A stretch of 64,000 nt of DNA from Gemmatimonadales bacterium. GTDB taxonomy: Bacteria; Gemmatimonadota; Gemmatimonadetes; Gemmatimonadales; GWC2-71-9. The first letter of the stretch is position 1, and each line of letters begins with the position of its first letter. The stretch lies in contig DATBFV010000098.1 of the NCBI GenBank assembly GCA_036558345.1, positions 11,513 to 75,512 on the forward strand, written 5' to 3'. Of the stretch, positions 1-10,604 are shown in pieces. Below the pieces are notes generated by a model, which saw only the letters and a program-made list of their open reading frames with translations, was not told the origin of the DNA and searched no databases. The position numbers and the translations under genes were made by a program.

Positions 1-2772
1 CAACGCGGGATCGAGCGGCTCGTTGTCCCGCCCGGCTCCCGCGTAGCCACTTGTAAAGAGGAAAGGCGTCTGTCGACCTTCCCGCTGGTTGATTTGGTAA
101 AGGCCGCGGCCTCCAAGCCGACCCATCACGAGGTCGGTGAACACGAGGTGAATAGGCGCCGGGTGCTGTCGCAGCAGATGGAGCGCTTCCATGCCGTCGC
201 CGGCCGCGAGCACGGTATAACCGGCATTCTCGAGGGTGTACACCGTCGCGCGCCGCAGCTGCGCCTGGTCCTCGACGACCAGGATGGTTTCCTGCCCGCC
301 GACCGGGAGTTCCAGCCGCTCATGTGACCCGGATGCCCGACGTCGTGTGGTCTCCTCGGTCACGGGGAAATAGATCCTGAGGCGCGTGCCCGCGCCGGGA
401 GCGCTGTCGATCTGCACGAACCCGCCGTGCTGCTTCACCATGCCGTACACGGTCGCCAGTCCAAGCCCCGTTCCCTTGCCTACTGGCTTGGTTGTGAAGA
501 ACGGCTCGAATGCGCGCTCGCGCGTGGCCTCGTCCATGCCGACGCCGGTGTCGTCCACGGCCAGGCAGACGTATTCCGATGCTGATCCCGGACCGAGGAC
601 GTCGCGATGCGCGTCGCTGATCCAGGTGCAGCTCGTCTCCAGACGCAGCACGCCGCCATCCGGCATGGCGTCGCGCGCATTGTTCACGAGATTGAGCAGA
701 ATCTGTTCGACGGCGTGGCCGTCGGCCGAGACCTCGGGCAGATCTTCGTCCGCAAAGACGAGCAGCTCGATGTCCGCGGGCAACACGCGACGTAGCACCC
801 CGGCGAGATCGTTGACCAGTTGTCCGAGGTGGACCGGCTCGAGCGTGAGGGTGGAGCGGCGCGCAAATCCGAGCAGCTGATTCACCATCAGCCGGCCGCT
901 CACCGCTGCCGATACGATGTCGCGCAGGCTCTCCTCGTCCGGACCCTTCGATAACAGCTCGGCGTTGGCGAGGATGATCGTGAGCAGGTTGTTGAAGTCG
1001 TGCGCGATGCCGCCGGTGAGCTGGCCGATCGCCTCCATCTTTTGCGCCTGACGCAGCTGTTCCTCGAGCCCCCGCCGCTCGCTGACGTCTTCCGCGAAGA
1101 CTTCATGGCACTCGACGCGGCCATCCTCGTGGCGCACCGACCGACCATACATCCGGACGGTGATCGGGTCGCCGTCCTTTCTACGCCACACCGCCTGAGT
1201 CTCGACAGCCCCGGCAGCCTCGTTCATCTGCGACAGATAGCGCGCGCGCGCCGCTGGTTCCCTGAACACGTCGCGGTCCAGATGCCGCGCGAGTAGCTCG
1301 GCTTCGCTCTCGTAGCCGAGCATTTCGACCAGCGCGGGATTGACGGTCAGCAAGGTCCCCTCGGGTGTCGCCCGGAAGATTCCGAACGGTGCCTGCTGCA
1401 CCAGAGTCCGGCTTGCCGCATCGGCACGCCGGGCGGCCTGCTCGGCATGGCGCCGCTCCGTGATGTCGGTGGCTACGCCCACCACGCCCGAGATGCTGCC
1501 GTCCCGCTCACGGACGGGAGAGTACTGCGCTTCGAACTCGAAGCCGAACAGCTCGGCGGTGGCGGTAATCGACTCGCCGGCGAGCGCACGGCGCACACCA
1601 TCGATCGCTTGCGGCACGTCTCCCAGCAGCTCAAAGAATGACTTGCCGAGCAACATGCCGGGCCGTACACCGAGCGAGTGCAGGCCCTTGCCTTCGGCGA
1701 GCGTGAAGACACCCTTGGGATCGAGCGAAAACAGAATGACGGGAGATCCCGCGACGACGGTGCGGAGGCGCTGCTTGCTGGCCTGTAGAATCTCTTCCTG
1801 CCGGATACGCTCGGTCACGTCACGGGAGTTGACGATCACGCTGTAGGCGTTCGGCTGGTCGAGCCGCGCCTGACCGATCGATTCCAGCACGCGCCAACTG
1901 CCGTCCGAGTGCTTGAACCGGAATGTCGCGGTGTGTGGCGTGCCCGGCCGCTCGATCGCATCCGCCAACGCTTCCATGACCGGCGACAGATCGTCGGGAT
2001 GTATGAACTCGAACGCATTGCGACCCAGTAGCTCGTTCATGCCATAGCCCAGCAGGCGTTGCACGGACGGGCTCACATACCGCAGGATGCCGTCGTCACC
2101 GAGGATCGTCACGATGTCCGACGCGTTTTCGGTCAGCGAGCGGAAGTGCTCTTCGCTGCTGCGTAGCGCTTCTTCCACGCGCGCGCGCTCGAGCGCGGTC
2201 GCGAGCACGTGGGCGAGCGCCTGAACGAACAGCACGTCAGGCCCGCTGAACTCCCGCGGGCGCGCGCTGTAGGCGCCCAACACCCCCCAGGGGCGGTCGC
2301 GGCCCTGCACGACGACGCAGACGCCGCTCAGAACGTCGTGCTGCTCGATATGGGGTGGGACGTTGAAGCGAGTTTCGGTGGGCAGATCTTCGATCACGAT
2401 CGGGGCAGCGGCGTTCAGCGCGTACCCAGCCAGTCCGGCCACGTCCGCCGTTACGACGGTGCGCACATCTCCATTCTGCCAGCCCTCTCCCGCACGGACA
2501 ACGAGACTGCGGTGCTCAGGTCGCAGCTCGAGGAGCTCGCTGAGTTCGACGTCGAGACCCCGCGCCAGGAGTTTCACGGCGGTGCTGAAGAGGTCACCCC
2601 GCATAGCGCCGGCAAGCGCGTGCTGGCCGAGGCGCGCGACCGCTTCCTGCTGCCGCGCCGCAGCGCGCAGCTGGACCTCGGCGCGCGAAGCCTCCTCGAC
2701 ACCCAGCCAGCGAAACCGCTTGGGTCTCAGATCCCCCCCTCCCTTGGTCCGGGCGGCATGGAAGGGTGCCAA
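1..2772 (-). CDS. hybrid sensor histidine kinase (GAF-PAS-PAS-PAS-HisKA-HATPase-receiver), 3' end cut by window edge
   Basis: Absent from the ORF track because there is no stop inside the window. My reverse-strand translation in the frame with codon first bases at positions divisible by 3 is open from 2838 down to 1. It reads a GAF-like region (c. 2200-2600), PAS-like repeats, and the H-box [35 protein letters not shown] (c. 960-1065). It then reads LMVNQLLGFARRSTLTLEPVHLGQLVNDLAGVLRRVL and the receiver ETILVVEDQAQLRRATVYTLENAGYTVLAAGDGMEALHLL...LVFTDLVMG (c. 60-291). The start is unresolved (TTG 2772 or ATG 2604). Confidence 0.85.
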   Translation of the reverse strand, partial: MAPFHAARTKGGGDLRPKRFRWLGVEEASRAEVQLRAAARQQEAVARLGQHALAGAMRGDLFSTAVKLLARGLDVELSELLELRPEHRSLVVRAGEGWQNGDVRTVVTADVAGLAGYALNAAAPIVIEDLPTETRFNVPPHIEQHDVLSGVCVVVQGRDRPWGVLGAYSARPREFSGPDVLFVQALAHVLATALERARVEEALRSSEEHFRSLTENASDIVTILGDDGILRYVSPSVQRLLGYGMNELLGRNAFEFIHPDDLSPVMEALADAIERPGTPHTATFRFKHSDGSWRVLESIGQARLDQPNAYSVIVNSRDVTERIRQEEILQASKQRLRTVVAGSPVILFSLDPKGVFTLAEGKGLHSLGVRPGMLLGKSFFELLGDVPQAIDGVRRALAGESITATAELFGFEFEAQYSPVRERDGSISGVVGVATDITERRHAEQAARRADAASRTLVQQAPFGIFRATPEGTLLTVNPALVEMLGYESEAELLARHLDRDVFREPAARARYLSQMNEAAGAVETQAVWRRKDGDPITVRMYGRSVRHEDGRVECHEVFAEDVSERRGLEEQLRQAQKMEAIGQLTGGIAHDFNNLLTIILANAELLSKGPDEESLRDIVSAAVSGRLMVNQLLGFARRSTLTLEPVHLGQLVNDLAGVLRRVLPADIELLVFADEDLPEVSADGHAVEQILLNLVNNARDAMPDGGVLRLETSCTWISDAHRDVLGPGSASEYVCLAVDDTGVGMDEATRERAFEPFFTTKPVGKGTGLGLATVYGMVKQHGGFVQIDSAPGAGTRLRIYFPVTEETTRRRASGSHERLELPVGGQETILVVEDQAQLRRATVYTLENAGYTVLAAGDGMEALHLLRQHPAPIHLVFTDLVMGRLGGRGLYQINQREGRQTPFLFTSGYAGAGRDNEPLDPAL

Positions 2773-2840
2773 AGCTAGGTGTGGTATTCTGTTGGGCCCG
2801 TGAGGCTGGTCACCCGAGCGCCGACTCGTAAATTCGGCCT

Positions 2841-5684
2841 ATGGCACCAGAGCGATCGAAGCGAAAGTCGAGGGCGAAGAAACCCCGTAGGACGGTCGAT
2901 TCACTGACCGTCTCCGTCCTACAGGCCACGCTCGAGTCCACCGCAGACGGCATTCTCGTCGTTGACTTGGACGGGAAGATCCTCGCGCACAATCGCCGCT
3001 TTGAGGAGATCTGGCGACTGCCGGCGTCGATGATTGCCGCCAACAGCGACGCGGCGGGACGGCGCCGCATGATTCAGCACGTACAGTCGCAGCTCCTCAA
3101 TCCGCAATTCTTCGTCGACGGGATTCAAGAGCGGTACGCAGAACCGCAGTCCGACAGTTTTGACATCCTCGACTTCAAGGACGGCCGGACTCTCGAGCGG
3201 TATTCGATTCCCCTGCGACTCGATGGCCGGTCGGTGGGCCGGGTCTGGAGTTTTCGGGATGTCACGGCGCGGCGCCGCGCCGAAAGCGTGCAGGAAGCGG
3301 TGTATCGTATCTCGCACACCGCCCATACCGCCGAGAATCTGCAGGCGCTGCTCGGTGTCGTTCACGGAATCGTCGGTGAACTCATGCCCGCCAAGAACTT
3401 CTACGTCTCGCTGTACAACGAGAAGACCGACCAGCTCGAGTTTCCGTATTTCGTTGACGAGATCGACACGACGTGCGATGTGCGGCCGCGCAAGCTGCGC
3501 AAGGGACTCACGGAGTACGTGCTGCGCACGGGCGAGCCGTTGCTGGCAACCCCCGACGTGTACGAACGACTGGTCGCGGCTGGCGAGGCGGAGCTGATCG
3601 GCGCCCCCTCCATCGACTGGCTGGGCGTCCCGCTCAAAGTCAAAGACCGTACGATTGGTGTCGTCGTGACGCAAACGTACGAGCAGGGCGTGCGCTACGG
3701 CGAGAGCGAGCGCGACATTCTCACGTTCGTATCGTCGCAGATGGCGATGGCGATCGAGCGTAAGCGCGTCGTGGACGCCTGGCGCGAGCAGAGCGAGCTG
3801 CTGCAGCGGATCGTGGACAACATTCCGGTGATGCTCGTGTTCCTCGACGACCAGGGGCGGATCCAGTGGGGCAACCGCGAATGGACGCGCACCCTCGGCT
3901 ACGATATCACCGAAGCGCGGTCGCGCGACATCTTCCCGGAGCTGTATCCCGATCCGGAGGATCTGCGCCGAGTGCAGGAGTCCGTTGGCGCACCTGTGGG
4001 CCATTGGACCGACTTCCGGACGCGCACGCGCCAGGGCATGGTCCTCGACACCATCTGGGCGAATGCCCCGTTGACCGGTGGAGGCTGGTTGGCCATCGGC
4101 ATGGACGTATCGGAGCGCAAGCGCGCCGAAGAACGCTATCGCTCGTTCATCGCGCAAAGCTCGGAGGGCGTTTCGCGCATCGAGATCGATCCGCCGGTGC
4201 CGATCAATCTTCCCGAAGAGGAGCAGATCGACCGGCTGTACGCCGGCGCGCGCATCGCAGAATGCAACGACGCGATGGCCCGCATGTATGGCTACACCGA
4301 AGCCCGAGAGCTCGTCGGGACGAGGCTCTCGGAGTTGCACACCGTTTCCGATCCGGCGAACCGGGAGCAGATCCGCACGTTTCTTCGCGGTGGCTACCGC
4401 ATTTCGGACTCGGAGACGCGAGAGCACGACCGCGAGGGAGGCTCGCGCGTCTTCCTCAATAACGTCATCGGCTTCCTGGAGGACGGCCAGCTGGTGCGCG
4501 TCTGGGGCACGCAGCGCGATGTGACGGCGCAGCGCCACCTGGAAGAGCAGTTCCGGCAGTCACAGAAGATGGAAGCCGTTGGGCAGCTTGCGGGCGGCGT
4601 CGCGCACGACTTCAACAACCTCCTGACCGCCATCCTCGGCAACACGCAGCTCCTGCTGCGTGACTTGCCCGCGGGCGACGCGAAGCGCGGAGATGTCGAG
4701 GAAATCCGCAAGGCATCCGAGCGCGCGGCCTCTCTGACCCGCCAACTGCTCGCGTATAGCCGCCGCCAGATGCTCCAGCCCGTGGTTCTCGACCTCAACG
4801 TCGTGGTGGCCGAGATGGACAAGATGCTGCGCCGCCTGATCGGCGAGCACATCGCGCTGGCCACGGTTCTCGCGCCCGACCTTGGACGCGTCCGCGCCGA
4901 TCCCAATCAGATCGAACAGGTGATCGTCAATCTCGCGATCAACGCGCGCGATGCGATGCCCAACGGCGGCAAGCTCACGATCGAGACCGCTAACATCGAT
5001 CTCGATGATTCGTTCACGCAGTCGCACCTCGGATCCACACCGGGACCCTACGCGATGGTCGCCGTGACCGACACGGGGCACGGCATGACCGCCGAGATCC
5101 GGGCGCATCTCTTCGAGCCGTTCTTCACCACCAAGGACGTCGGCAAGGGAACGGGGCTCGGGCTGGCGACGGTGTACGGCATCGTGAAGCAGAGCGGCGG
5201 CTACATCTCGGTATACTCCGAGCCCGGCCGCGGCTCGAGCTTCAAGATCTATCTACCGCGGATCGCCACAGCAACCGACGGCGCCGGTGGTCCGCCCAAG
5301 ATCGGGCCAAAGCGCGGCACCGAAACCGTGCTCGTCGTCGAGGACGAGCCAGCGGTACTGAGCCTCAGTCGCCGCGCGCTCGAGGCGCACGGATATGTCG
5401 TGCTGGCGGCCACCGATGCACCCGCCGCGATGCGCATCGTCGAGCGCCACGGAGGTACGATCCATCTGCTCCTGACAGACGTGGTGATGCCGGGTTTGTC
5501 GGGACAGCACCTGGCTGACCAGCTGGCCTCCCGCCGGCCCGGGATTCGAGTGCTGTACATGTCGGGCTATCCAGGCGACGCCGTCGTGCAGCACGGGACA
5601 TTGCCCACGGGCAGCGCGTTCCTGCAGAAGCCATTCTCTCCCGACGCCTTGGCGCGAAAGGTCCGCGATGTGCTGGACGCGTAA
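2841..5684 (+). CDS. hybrid sensor histidine kinase (PAS-GAF-PAS-PAS-HisKA-HATPase-receiver), soluble
   Basis: 947-aa ORF. H-box [28 protein letters not shown]-box [12 protein letters not shown]-boxes DTGHGM and [16 protein letters not shown]-terminal receiver [12 protein letters not shown]...[13 protein letters not shown]...KPF. No hydrophobic N-terminal segment. Confidence 0.92.
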   Translation: MAPERSKRKSRAKKPRRTVDSLTVSVLQATLESTADGILVVDLDGKILAHNRRFEEIWRLPASMIAANSDAAGRRRMIQHVQSQLLNPQFFVDGIQERYAEPQSDSFDILDFKDGRTLERYSIPLRLDGRSVGRVWSFRDVTARRRAESVQEAVYRISHTAHTAENLQALLGVVHGIVGELMPAKNFYVSLYNEKTDQLEFPYFVDEIDTTCDVRPRKLRKGLTEYVLRTGEPLLATPDVYERLVAAGEAELIGAPSIDWLGVPLKVKDRTIGVVVTQTYEQGVRYGESERDILTFVSSQMAMAIERKRVVDAWREQSELLQRIVDNIPVMLVFLDDQGRIQWGNREWTRTLGYDITEARSRDIFPELYPDPEDLRRVQESVGAPVGHWTDFRTRTRQGMVLDTIWANAPLTGGGWLAIGMDVSERKRAEERYRSFIAQSSEGVSRIEIDPPVPINLPEEEQIDRLYAGARIAECNDAMARMYGYTEARELVGTRLSELHTVSDPANREQIRTFLRGGYRISDSETREHDREGGSRVFLNNVIGFLEDGQLVRVWGTQRDVTAQRHLEEQFRQSQKMEAVGQLAGGVAHDFNNLLTAILGNTQLLLRDLPAGDAKRGDVEEIRKASERAASLTRQLLAYSRRQMLQPVVLDLNVVVAEMDKMLRRLIGEHIALATVLAPDLGRVRADPNQIEQVIVNLAINARDAMPNGGKLTIETANIDLDDSFTQSHLGSTPGPYAMVAVTDTGHGMTAEIRAHLFEPFFTTKDVGKGTGLGLATVYGIVKQSGGYISVYSEPGRGSSFKIYLPRIATATDGAGGPPKIGPKRGTETVLVVEDEPAVLSLSRRALEAHGYVVLAATDAPAAMRIVERHGGTIHLLLTDVVMPGLSGQHLADQLASRRPGIRVLYMSGYPGDAVVQHGTLPTGSAFLQKPFSPDALARKVRDVLDA

Positions 5685-5708
5685 CGGCGCAACGAGTACC
5701 GTACAAAC

Positions 5709-7523
5709 GTGACCCAGACCGTCATGGGGATCGGCGCCGATCACTTCACGCGCCTGGTTGCACAGTTGCCCGTCATCGTGTGGTCCACGGATGCAACGCT
5801 GCACGTGACGTCGCGCTACGGCGGCGGCCTGGCGCCGTTTGGCCTCGCGGCCGGAACCCTGGATGCATCGGAGATCGCGGACTTCACAGATCCGAACGAC
5901 CTCCCCGCCGTCCGAGCCGCGCATCAGACCGCATTGCGTGGCGAATCCGCCACCTACGAAACTCGCTTTCGGGGCCGCACGTTCACATCAACCGTCGAAC
6001 CGCTGGTCGACGCCGGCGGAGACATTGTTGGGGTCGTCGGCCTCGCGGTCGACGTGACGGAGCGGCGCAAGGTCGAATCCGCCTTGCGCGAAAGCGAGGC
6101 GCGGCTCCGCACGATCTTCGAAACCGAGCCGGAGTGCGTAACATTGGTCGATGCGCAAGGCCGATTGCTGGAGATGAATCCTGCCGGGCTCGCGATGGTC
6201 GAAGCCGATGCCATCGACACTGTGCGCGGCCGCCCCATCGTCGATCTCGTCGCGATCGAGCACCGTACCGCGTTTACCCAGCTGCACCGGCGGGTTTTCG
6301 CGGGCGAGCCTGGAAGGCTGGAGTTCGAAATCATCGGTCTGCGAGGCAAGCGGAGTTGGCTGGCGATGCATGCGGTGCCGCTGCGCGACGGCTCAGGCGC
6401 CATCCATTCGCTGCTCGGAATCGCGCGCGACGTTTCGCGCCGCAGGATTGCGGAGCGGGCCCTGGTTGAATCGGAGGAACGGTTCTGCAAGGCATTCTAC
6501 GCAAACGCGCTGCCGCTGATGATCACGCGCATGGCCGACGGCATGATATTGGACGCGAACGAGGCGCTCACCCGCCTGATCAACCGGTCGCGCGATGAGG
6601 TTATCGGACAAACCACGGTCGCACTCGGCATCATCGAAGCCGCCTACCACGCCGCCGTCGTCGAGACGCTGAAACAGACGGGGATGGTCAGCGATATCGC
6701 CCTTCAGATCCGGACGAAAGGTGGTCCACCACGCACCGGATTGCTGTCCCTCGTGCGGATGGAGCTTGGCGGTCAGGACTGTACATTGGGAACGTATCGC
6801 GACATTACCGAAGCCAAGCGAGCCGAGGAGCAGCTGCGCGCGTCACGCGCAGCGCTACGCAGCCTGGCCACGCGACAACAAGACATTCGCGAGGACGAGC
6901 GAACCCGCATTGCGCGCGAGATCCACGACAGCTTGGGTCAGGCGCTGACCGCCCTGAAGCTCCAGCTTGCAGCTGCTCAGGATGCCGCGTCCCGGGAAAC
7001 ACCCGCGCTCAGCGGCCGCCTGCACGAGACCGCGGCCATGGTCGACGATCTGGTAAAGGCCATCCGCCGGATCGCGAGTGAGCTACGGCCGCCCATCCTG
7101 GACCAACTCGGCCTTCCGGCAGCGCTCGAATGGCTCGCGCAAGATTTCTCTCGCCGGACCGGGATTCACTGCAAGGCAACGATCCTGGCCAGCAACGTCG
7201 GCATCAAAAGTGAGTTGGGCACGGCGTTATTCCGAATCGTGCAGGAGGCTCTCACGAACGTGCTGCGCCACGCCCAAGCGACACGCGTCACCATCGAGCT
7301 CGGCCTGAAGAGCGGGTGCGTGACACTCGAGATCACTGATGACGGACGCGGCATTACCGAGGCCGGAACGACCGGACCGGCTTCGCTCGGCATTCTCGGG
7401 ATGCGTGAGCGCGCGGCGGCGCTCGGCGGCGTGCTCGAGGTTGCCCCGCGACAGGAGGGCGGTACGCGAGTAGCGGCGTGGTTCCCGCCGCTGTCGGAGC
7501 ATCCTCCGGTGTCCGCGTCATGA
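5709..7523 (+). CDS. PAS-domain sensor histidine kinase, HisKA_3 (NarX/DegS-like) type
   Basis: 604-aa ORF with a GTG start. Three PAS-like repeats are each followed by DVTERR/DVSRRR/DITEAK junctions. H-box EDERTRIAREIHDSLGQALTALKLQL. ATPase motifs QEALTNVLRHA, DDGRGI, GILGMRERAAALGG. Confidence 0.9.
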   Translation: MTQTVMGIGADHFTRLVAQLPVIVWSTDATLHVTSRYGGGLAPFGLAAGTLDASEIADFTDPNDLPAVRAAHQTALRGESATYETRFRGRTFTSTVEPLVDAGGDIVGVVGLAVDVTERRKVESALRESEARLRTIFETEPECVTLVDAQGRLLEMNPAGLAMVEADAIDTVRGRPIVDLVAIEHRTAFTQLHRRVFAGEPGRLEFEIIGLRGKRSWLAMHAVPLRDGSGAIHSLLGIARDVSRRRIAERALVESEERFCKAFYANALPLMITRMADGMILDANEALTRLINRSRDEVIGQTTVALGIIEAAYHAAVVETLKQTGMVSDIALQIRTKGGPPRTGLLSLVRMELGGQDCTLGTYRDITEAKRAEEQLRASRAALRSLATRQQDIREDERTRIAREIHDSLGQALTALKLQLAAAQDAASRETPALSGRLHETAAMVDDLVKAIRRIASELRPPILDQLGLPAALEWLAQDFSRRTGIHCKATILASNVGIKSELGTALFRIVQEALTNVLRHAQATRVTIELGLKSGCVTLEITDDGRGITEAGTTGPASLGILGMRERAAALGGVLEVAPRQEGGTRVAAWFPPLSEHPPVSAS

Positions 7524-8179
7524 TCCGGATCCTCGTCGTCGACGATCACGCGCTCGTCCGCCGCGGCCTCATCGAACTCCTGCAGCGGCTGCCTCCCTCC
7601 GACGGGGTGCAGTTCGGTGAGGCGGGCACGGCAAGCGAGGCCATCGCGTTGGCAATGGGTGAGCGCTGGGACGTCGTCTTGCTGGATCTGGGCCTGCCGG
7701 ACCGACACGGCCTCGAAGTCCTCAAGGAGGTGCACGAGGCGAAGCCGCACTTACCTGTGCTCATCCTCACCATGTTCCCGGAAGACCAGCTGGCACTGCG
7801 GATGCTCGAGCTGGGCGCGTCCGGATACCTCACGAAGGAGTCCGCGCCGGAAGAGTTGGTGCGCGCCATTGAACGAGTGCTGGCCGGGCACAAGTACTTG
7901 AGCGCCGGGATGGCACAGTCAGTTGCCGACGGGCTTCGCGGGCCGCCACCCACACCGCACGAACAATTATCGGATCGCGAGCTTGAAGTGCTCCGGCTTC
8001 TCGCCGCCGGCCGGCCGATCACAGCCATCAGCCGGCAGTTGGGTCTTTCCCCCAAGACTGTGACCACTTATCGCGCCCGTTTGCTGCACAAACTGCGAAT
8101 GCGCTCCAACGCCGAGTTGACCTTCTATGCAACACAGCACGGGTTGGTGAGCCCAGCCGCCCTCCGCGCCTCTTCATAG
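7520..8179 (+). CDS. NarL/LuxR-family response regulator
   Basis: MIRILVVDDHALVRRGL...DVVLLDLGLPDRHG receiver plus a C-terminal LuxR HTH (LSDRELEVLRLLAAGRPITAISRQLGLSPKTVTTYRARLLHKL). The ATG at 7520 overlaps the upstream kinase stop (ATGA), so the 7478 start in the ORF track is unlikely. Confidence 0.9.
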   Translation: MIRILVVDDHALVRRGLIELLQRLPPSDGVQFGEAGTASEAIALAMGERWDVVLLDLGLPDRHGLEVLKEVHEAKPHLPVLILTMFPEDQLALRMLELGASGYLTKESAPEELVRAIERVLAGHKYLSAGMAQSVADGLRGPPPTPHEQLSDRELEVLRLLAAGRPITAISRQLGLSPKTVTTYRARLLHKLRMRSNAELTFYATQHGLVSPAALRASS

Positions 8180-8381
8180 GGTTTTTCCCGAATAGGACCC
8201 GAAAAAAATCGATAATACCGCCACTATCTGGCGAGTGTGCACTCACTTCCTCTCGTAAACAATAGCTACACCAAGAATTAGCTAAGCGCAAGGCCGGCAA
8301 GACAATCGTACAAGCAAGTATAACAATGAGTTAGCATTGTCGGTGGCGCCGCGCACTGACCCCCAAGCTAGATTCCAGCCC

Positions 8382-9422
8382 ATGCCTTTACCGCCCCTCA
8401 TCGGGCACGAAAGGGTTAAGGCCAGACTGGCGGGCGCCCACGCCTCCGGAAAGCTACCGCAGGCTGTGCTGCTCGCCGGTCCACGCGGCGTCGGGAAGCA
8501 GCGTCTCGCGCTATGGCTTGCCCAGCTGATCCACTGCGAAGCCCCACGCGGGGAGTCGCAGCCGGAGCCATGCGGAGAATGCCGCTCCTGTCGGCTCGTG
8601 CTCTCACTGCAGCACCCAGACGTGCATTGGTTTGTACCGCTCGAGTTGAGTAACCGAGGATCCGACGCCGAGAAGCAGGTCGATGCGGCCGCGGATGCCT
8701 TGGCAGAGGAGATGACCGCGCGCAGGGAGCAGCCGCTGTACGCTCCGGTTGTCGGGCTGGCGAGCCACCCGGTGGCGTCCATACGACTGTTGCTCAAGCG
8801 TCTGGCCCTGACGCCGGCGATGGGAAATCGTAAGGTCTTCATCCTGGGCGACGCGGAACGACTGATCCCGCAGCTCGGGACGGAGGTCGCGGCAAACGCG
8901 TTGCTCAAGGCGCTCGAGGAGCCACCGGCCGATTCGATCATCTTGCTCACGGCCGCGGACCCCAACGCCCTGCTTCCGACGATTCTGTCACGTGTTGTGC
9001 TCATTCGTGTGGCACGAATCGCCGACAGTGACGTGACAGCTTTCGTGCAGCAAAAGGTCGCAGCTCGTGATCAACCTGAACTGGAGCAACGAGTTACAGC
9101 CGCGGAAGGGTGTATTGGCAAGCTCTTTGCAACGGATGGGCGTCGTTCCGGGCAGGTAGATCAGGCAGCGCGTTTCACGGAAGCACCATTGCTGTTCGCA
9201 CTCGGTCAGGTGCCCTTTCAGGCACGTGGTGGCTTCACCGACATGCTGGATGCGTTGGCGAGCAGACTGCGTAGCGAGGCCAAGCGTGGCGGGGATACCG
9301 AGAAGCTGGTTGAAGCAATCGCGCTGGTCCTCGACGCCCGCGACCTCGCGCAGGGGAACGTGAACCCGCAGCTCCTGGCGGCCGTACTGGCCGAGGACCT
9401 GCAAGCGAGTCGGGCGTCATGA
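8382..9422 (+). CDS. holB: DNA polymerase III subunit delta prime
   Basis: LIGHERVKARLAGAHASGKLPQAVLLAGPRGVGKQRLALWLAQLIHCE...CGECRSCRLVLSLQHPDVHW is the typical clamp-loader delta-prime N-terminus with a zinc module. The SRV motif (ILSRVVLI) is present. Start chosen at ATG 8382 (MPLPPLIGHE). Confidence 0.8.
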   Translation: MPLPPLIGHERVKARLAGAHASGKLPQAVLLAGPRGVGKQRLALWLAQLIHCEAPRGESQPEPCGECRSCRLVLSLQHPDVHWFVPLELSNRGSDAEKQVDAAADALAEEMTARREQPLYAPVVGLASHPVASIRLLLKRLALTPAMGNRKVFILGDAERLIPQLGTEVAANALLKALEEPPADSIILLTAADPNALLPTILSRVVLIRVARIADSDVTAFVQQKVAARDQPELEQRVTAAEGCIGKLFATDGRRSGQVDQAARFTEAPLLFALGQVPFQARGGFTDMLDALASRLRSEAKRGGDTEKLVEAIALVLDARDLAQGNVNPQLLAAVLAEDLQASRAS

Positions 9423-9880
9423 AGTTGTCGCACTTGGACCAGGCGGGTCGTGCCCGCATGGTCAATGTCGGCGACAAGCCGCTGATGGACCGCACGGCGA
9501 CCGCGACCGGCACGATTCGGATGTCGCCGGAAGCGTTTCGCCAGGTCGCAGAGCAGGCGGTTGCTAAGGGCGACGTGCTCGCCGTGAGCGAGGTGGCAGG
9601 AACGCTGGCGGCGAAACGAACGGCGGAGCTGATCCCGCTCTGTCACCCGCTCGGCCTCGATCATGTCGAGGTCGAGGCAAGTCTGGCGGAGTCGTTGCCG
9701 GGGGTGCAGGTGTCGGCGAAGGTGCGCACCGTGGGCCGCACCGGCGTGGAGATGGAGGCCCTGACGGCGGTCGCCGTGGCGTTGTTGACCGTGTACGACA
9801 TGGTGAAAGCGGTCGACGGCAACATGGTGATCGGGGATGTGCAGCTGGTCGAGAAGCAAAAGGCGCCGCGGCATGATTGA
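9419..9880 (+). CDS. moaC: cyclic pyranopterin monophosphate synthase MoaC
   Basis: LSHLDQAGRARMVNVGDKP...ELIPLCHPLGLDHVEV...GRTGVEMEALTAVAVALLTVYDMVKAVD. The start overlaps the holB stop (ATGA). Confidence 0.9.
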   Translation: MKLSHLDQAGRARMVNVGDKPLMDRTATATGTIRMSPEAFRQVAEQAVAKGDVLAVSEVAGTLAAKRTAELIPLCHPLGLDHVEVEASLAESLPGVQVSAKVRTVGRTGVEMEALTAVAVALLTVYDMVKAVDGNMVIGDVQLVEKQKAPRHD

Positions 9881-9938
9881 CGATGGCTTGATGCGGGCGC
9901 TGCAGTTTGACTCACAAGCCGTAGAACAGGAGAGGAGT

Positions 9939-10586
9939 ATGCAAGCGAGAACTCAGCGTTTGATACTGCGCGGCGGAATCATCGTGCTGGCCGCAGTGCT
10001 CGTCAGTACCGTGGGCGCTTGGGCCGGCGGCACGACCACCGAGGCTGACCGTGCGCCGACCTCAGGCCCCGAGCTCCTTGGGGAACTGCGGTCGCTCCGG
10101 CAGCAGCTCGATGCCAAGCAGGGCGAGTTGGAAGTCGCCCGGCTGCAGCTCGACCGTGTGGACGCTATCATGCAGTACTCGACCCACTACAAGCTGCCGG
10201 CCGACATGGCGACGGCAGTGTACGACGTCGCGCTCAGCGAGGGAATCGATCCCGGCCTGGCGTTCCGTCTGGTCAAGGTCGAGTCGGGCTTCAACCCGCG
10301 CGCCATCAGTCACGTCGGGGCGATCGGGCTCACACAGGTGTTGCCCAGCACGGCGCGGCTGTACGAGCCCGGGCTGACCACGCAGCAGCTGTACGACCGG
10401 GATACGAACCTGCGAATTGGGTTCCGCTATCTCCGCGACCTACTGGACCGCTATCCGTCCAACATGCAGCTCGCGCTATTGGCCTATAATCGGGGTCCTG
10501 CCAAGGTGGAGCAGCTGTTGGGTGCCGGTCGCGACCCCGCGAACGGCTATGAGGCAGAAGTCATGAAGGGATTCCGGCACCACTAA
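9939..10586 (+). CDS. soluble lytic transglycosylase (SLT domain) with N-terminal membrane anchor and coiled coil
   Basis: VKVESGFNPRAISHVGAIGLTQVLPSTA...LALLAYNRGP are the SLT catalytic-Glu region and AYN motif. GGAG sits 5 nt upstream of ATG 9939, followed by a hydrophobic segment LILRGGIIVLAAVLVSTVGAWAG. Confidence 0.8.
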   Translation: MQARTQRLILRGGIIVLAAVLVSTVGAWAGGTTTEADRAPTSGPELLGELRSLRQQLDAKQGELEVARLQLDRVDAIMQYSTHYKLPADMATAVYDVALSEGIDPGLAFRLVKVESGFNPRAISHVGAIGLTQVLPSTARLYEPGLTTQQLYDRDTNLRIGFRYLRDLLDRYPSNMQLALLAYNRGPAKVEQLLGAGRDPANGYEAEVMKGFRHH

Positions 10587-10604
10587 CCTCGGGTGCCGGC
10601 CTGA

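Noticed and set aside
2919-4538. 539-aa ORF antisense to the 947-aa hybrid kinase gene
   Set aside because: It lies entirely inside a gene with unmistakable kinase motifs. Its Arg/Ala/His/Leu-rich composition shows no motif. Long stop-free antisense frames are expected at this G+C.
9419-9880. Lone moaC fused into a holB-moaC-transglycosylase string without other molybdopterin genes
   Set aside because: The neighbourhood is odd, but the moaC sequence is entirely canonical. The other moa genes are simply likely to be elsewhere, and nothing in the sequence suggests a new function.
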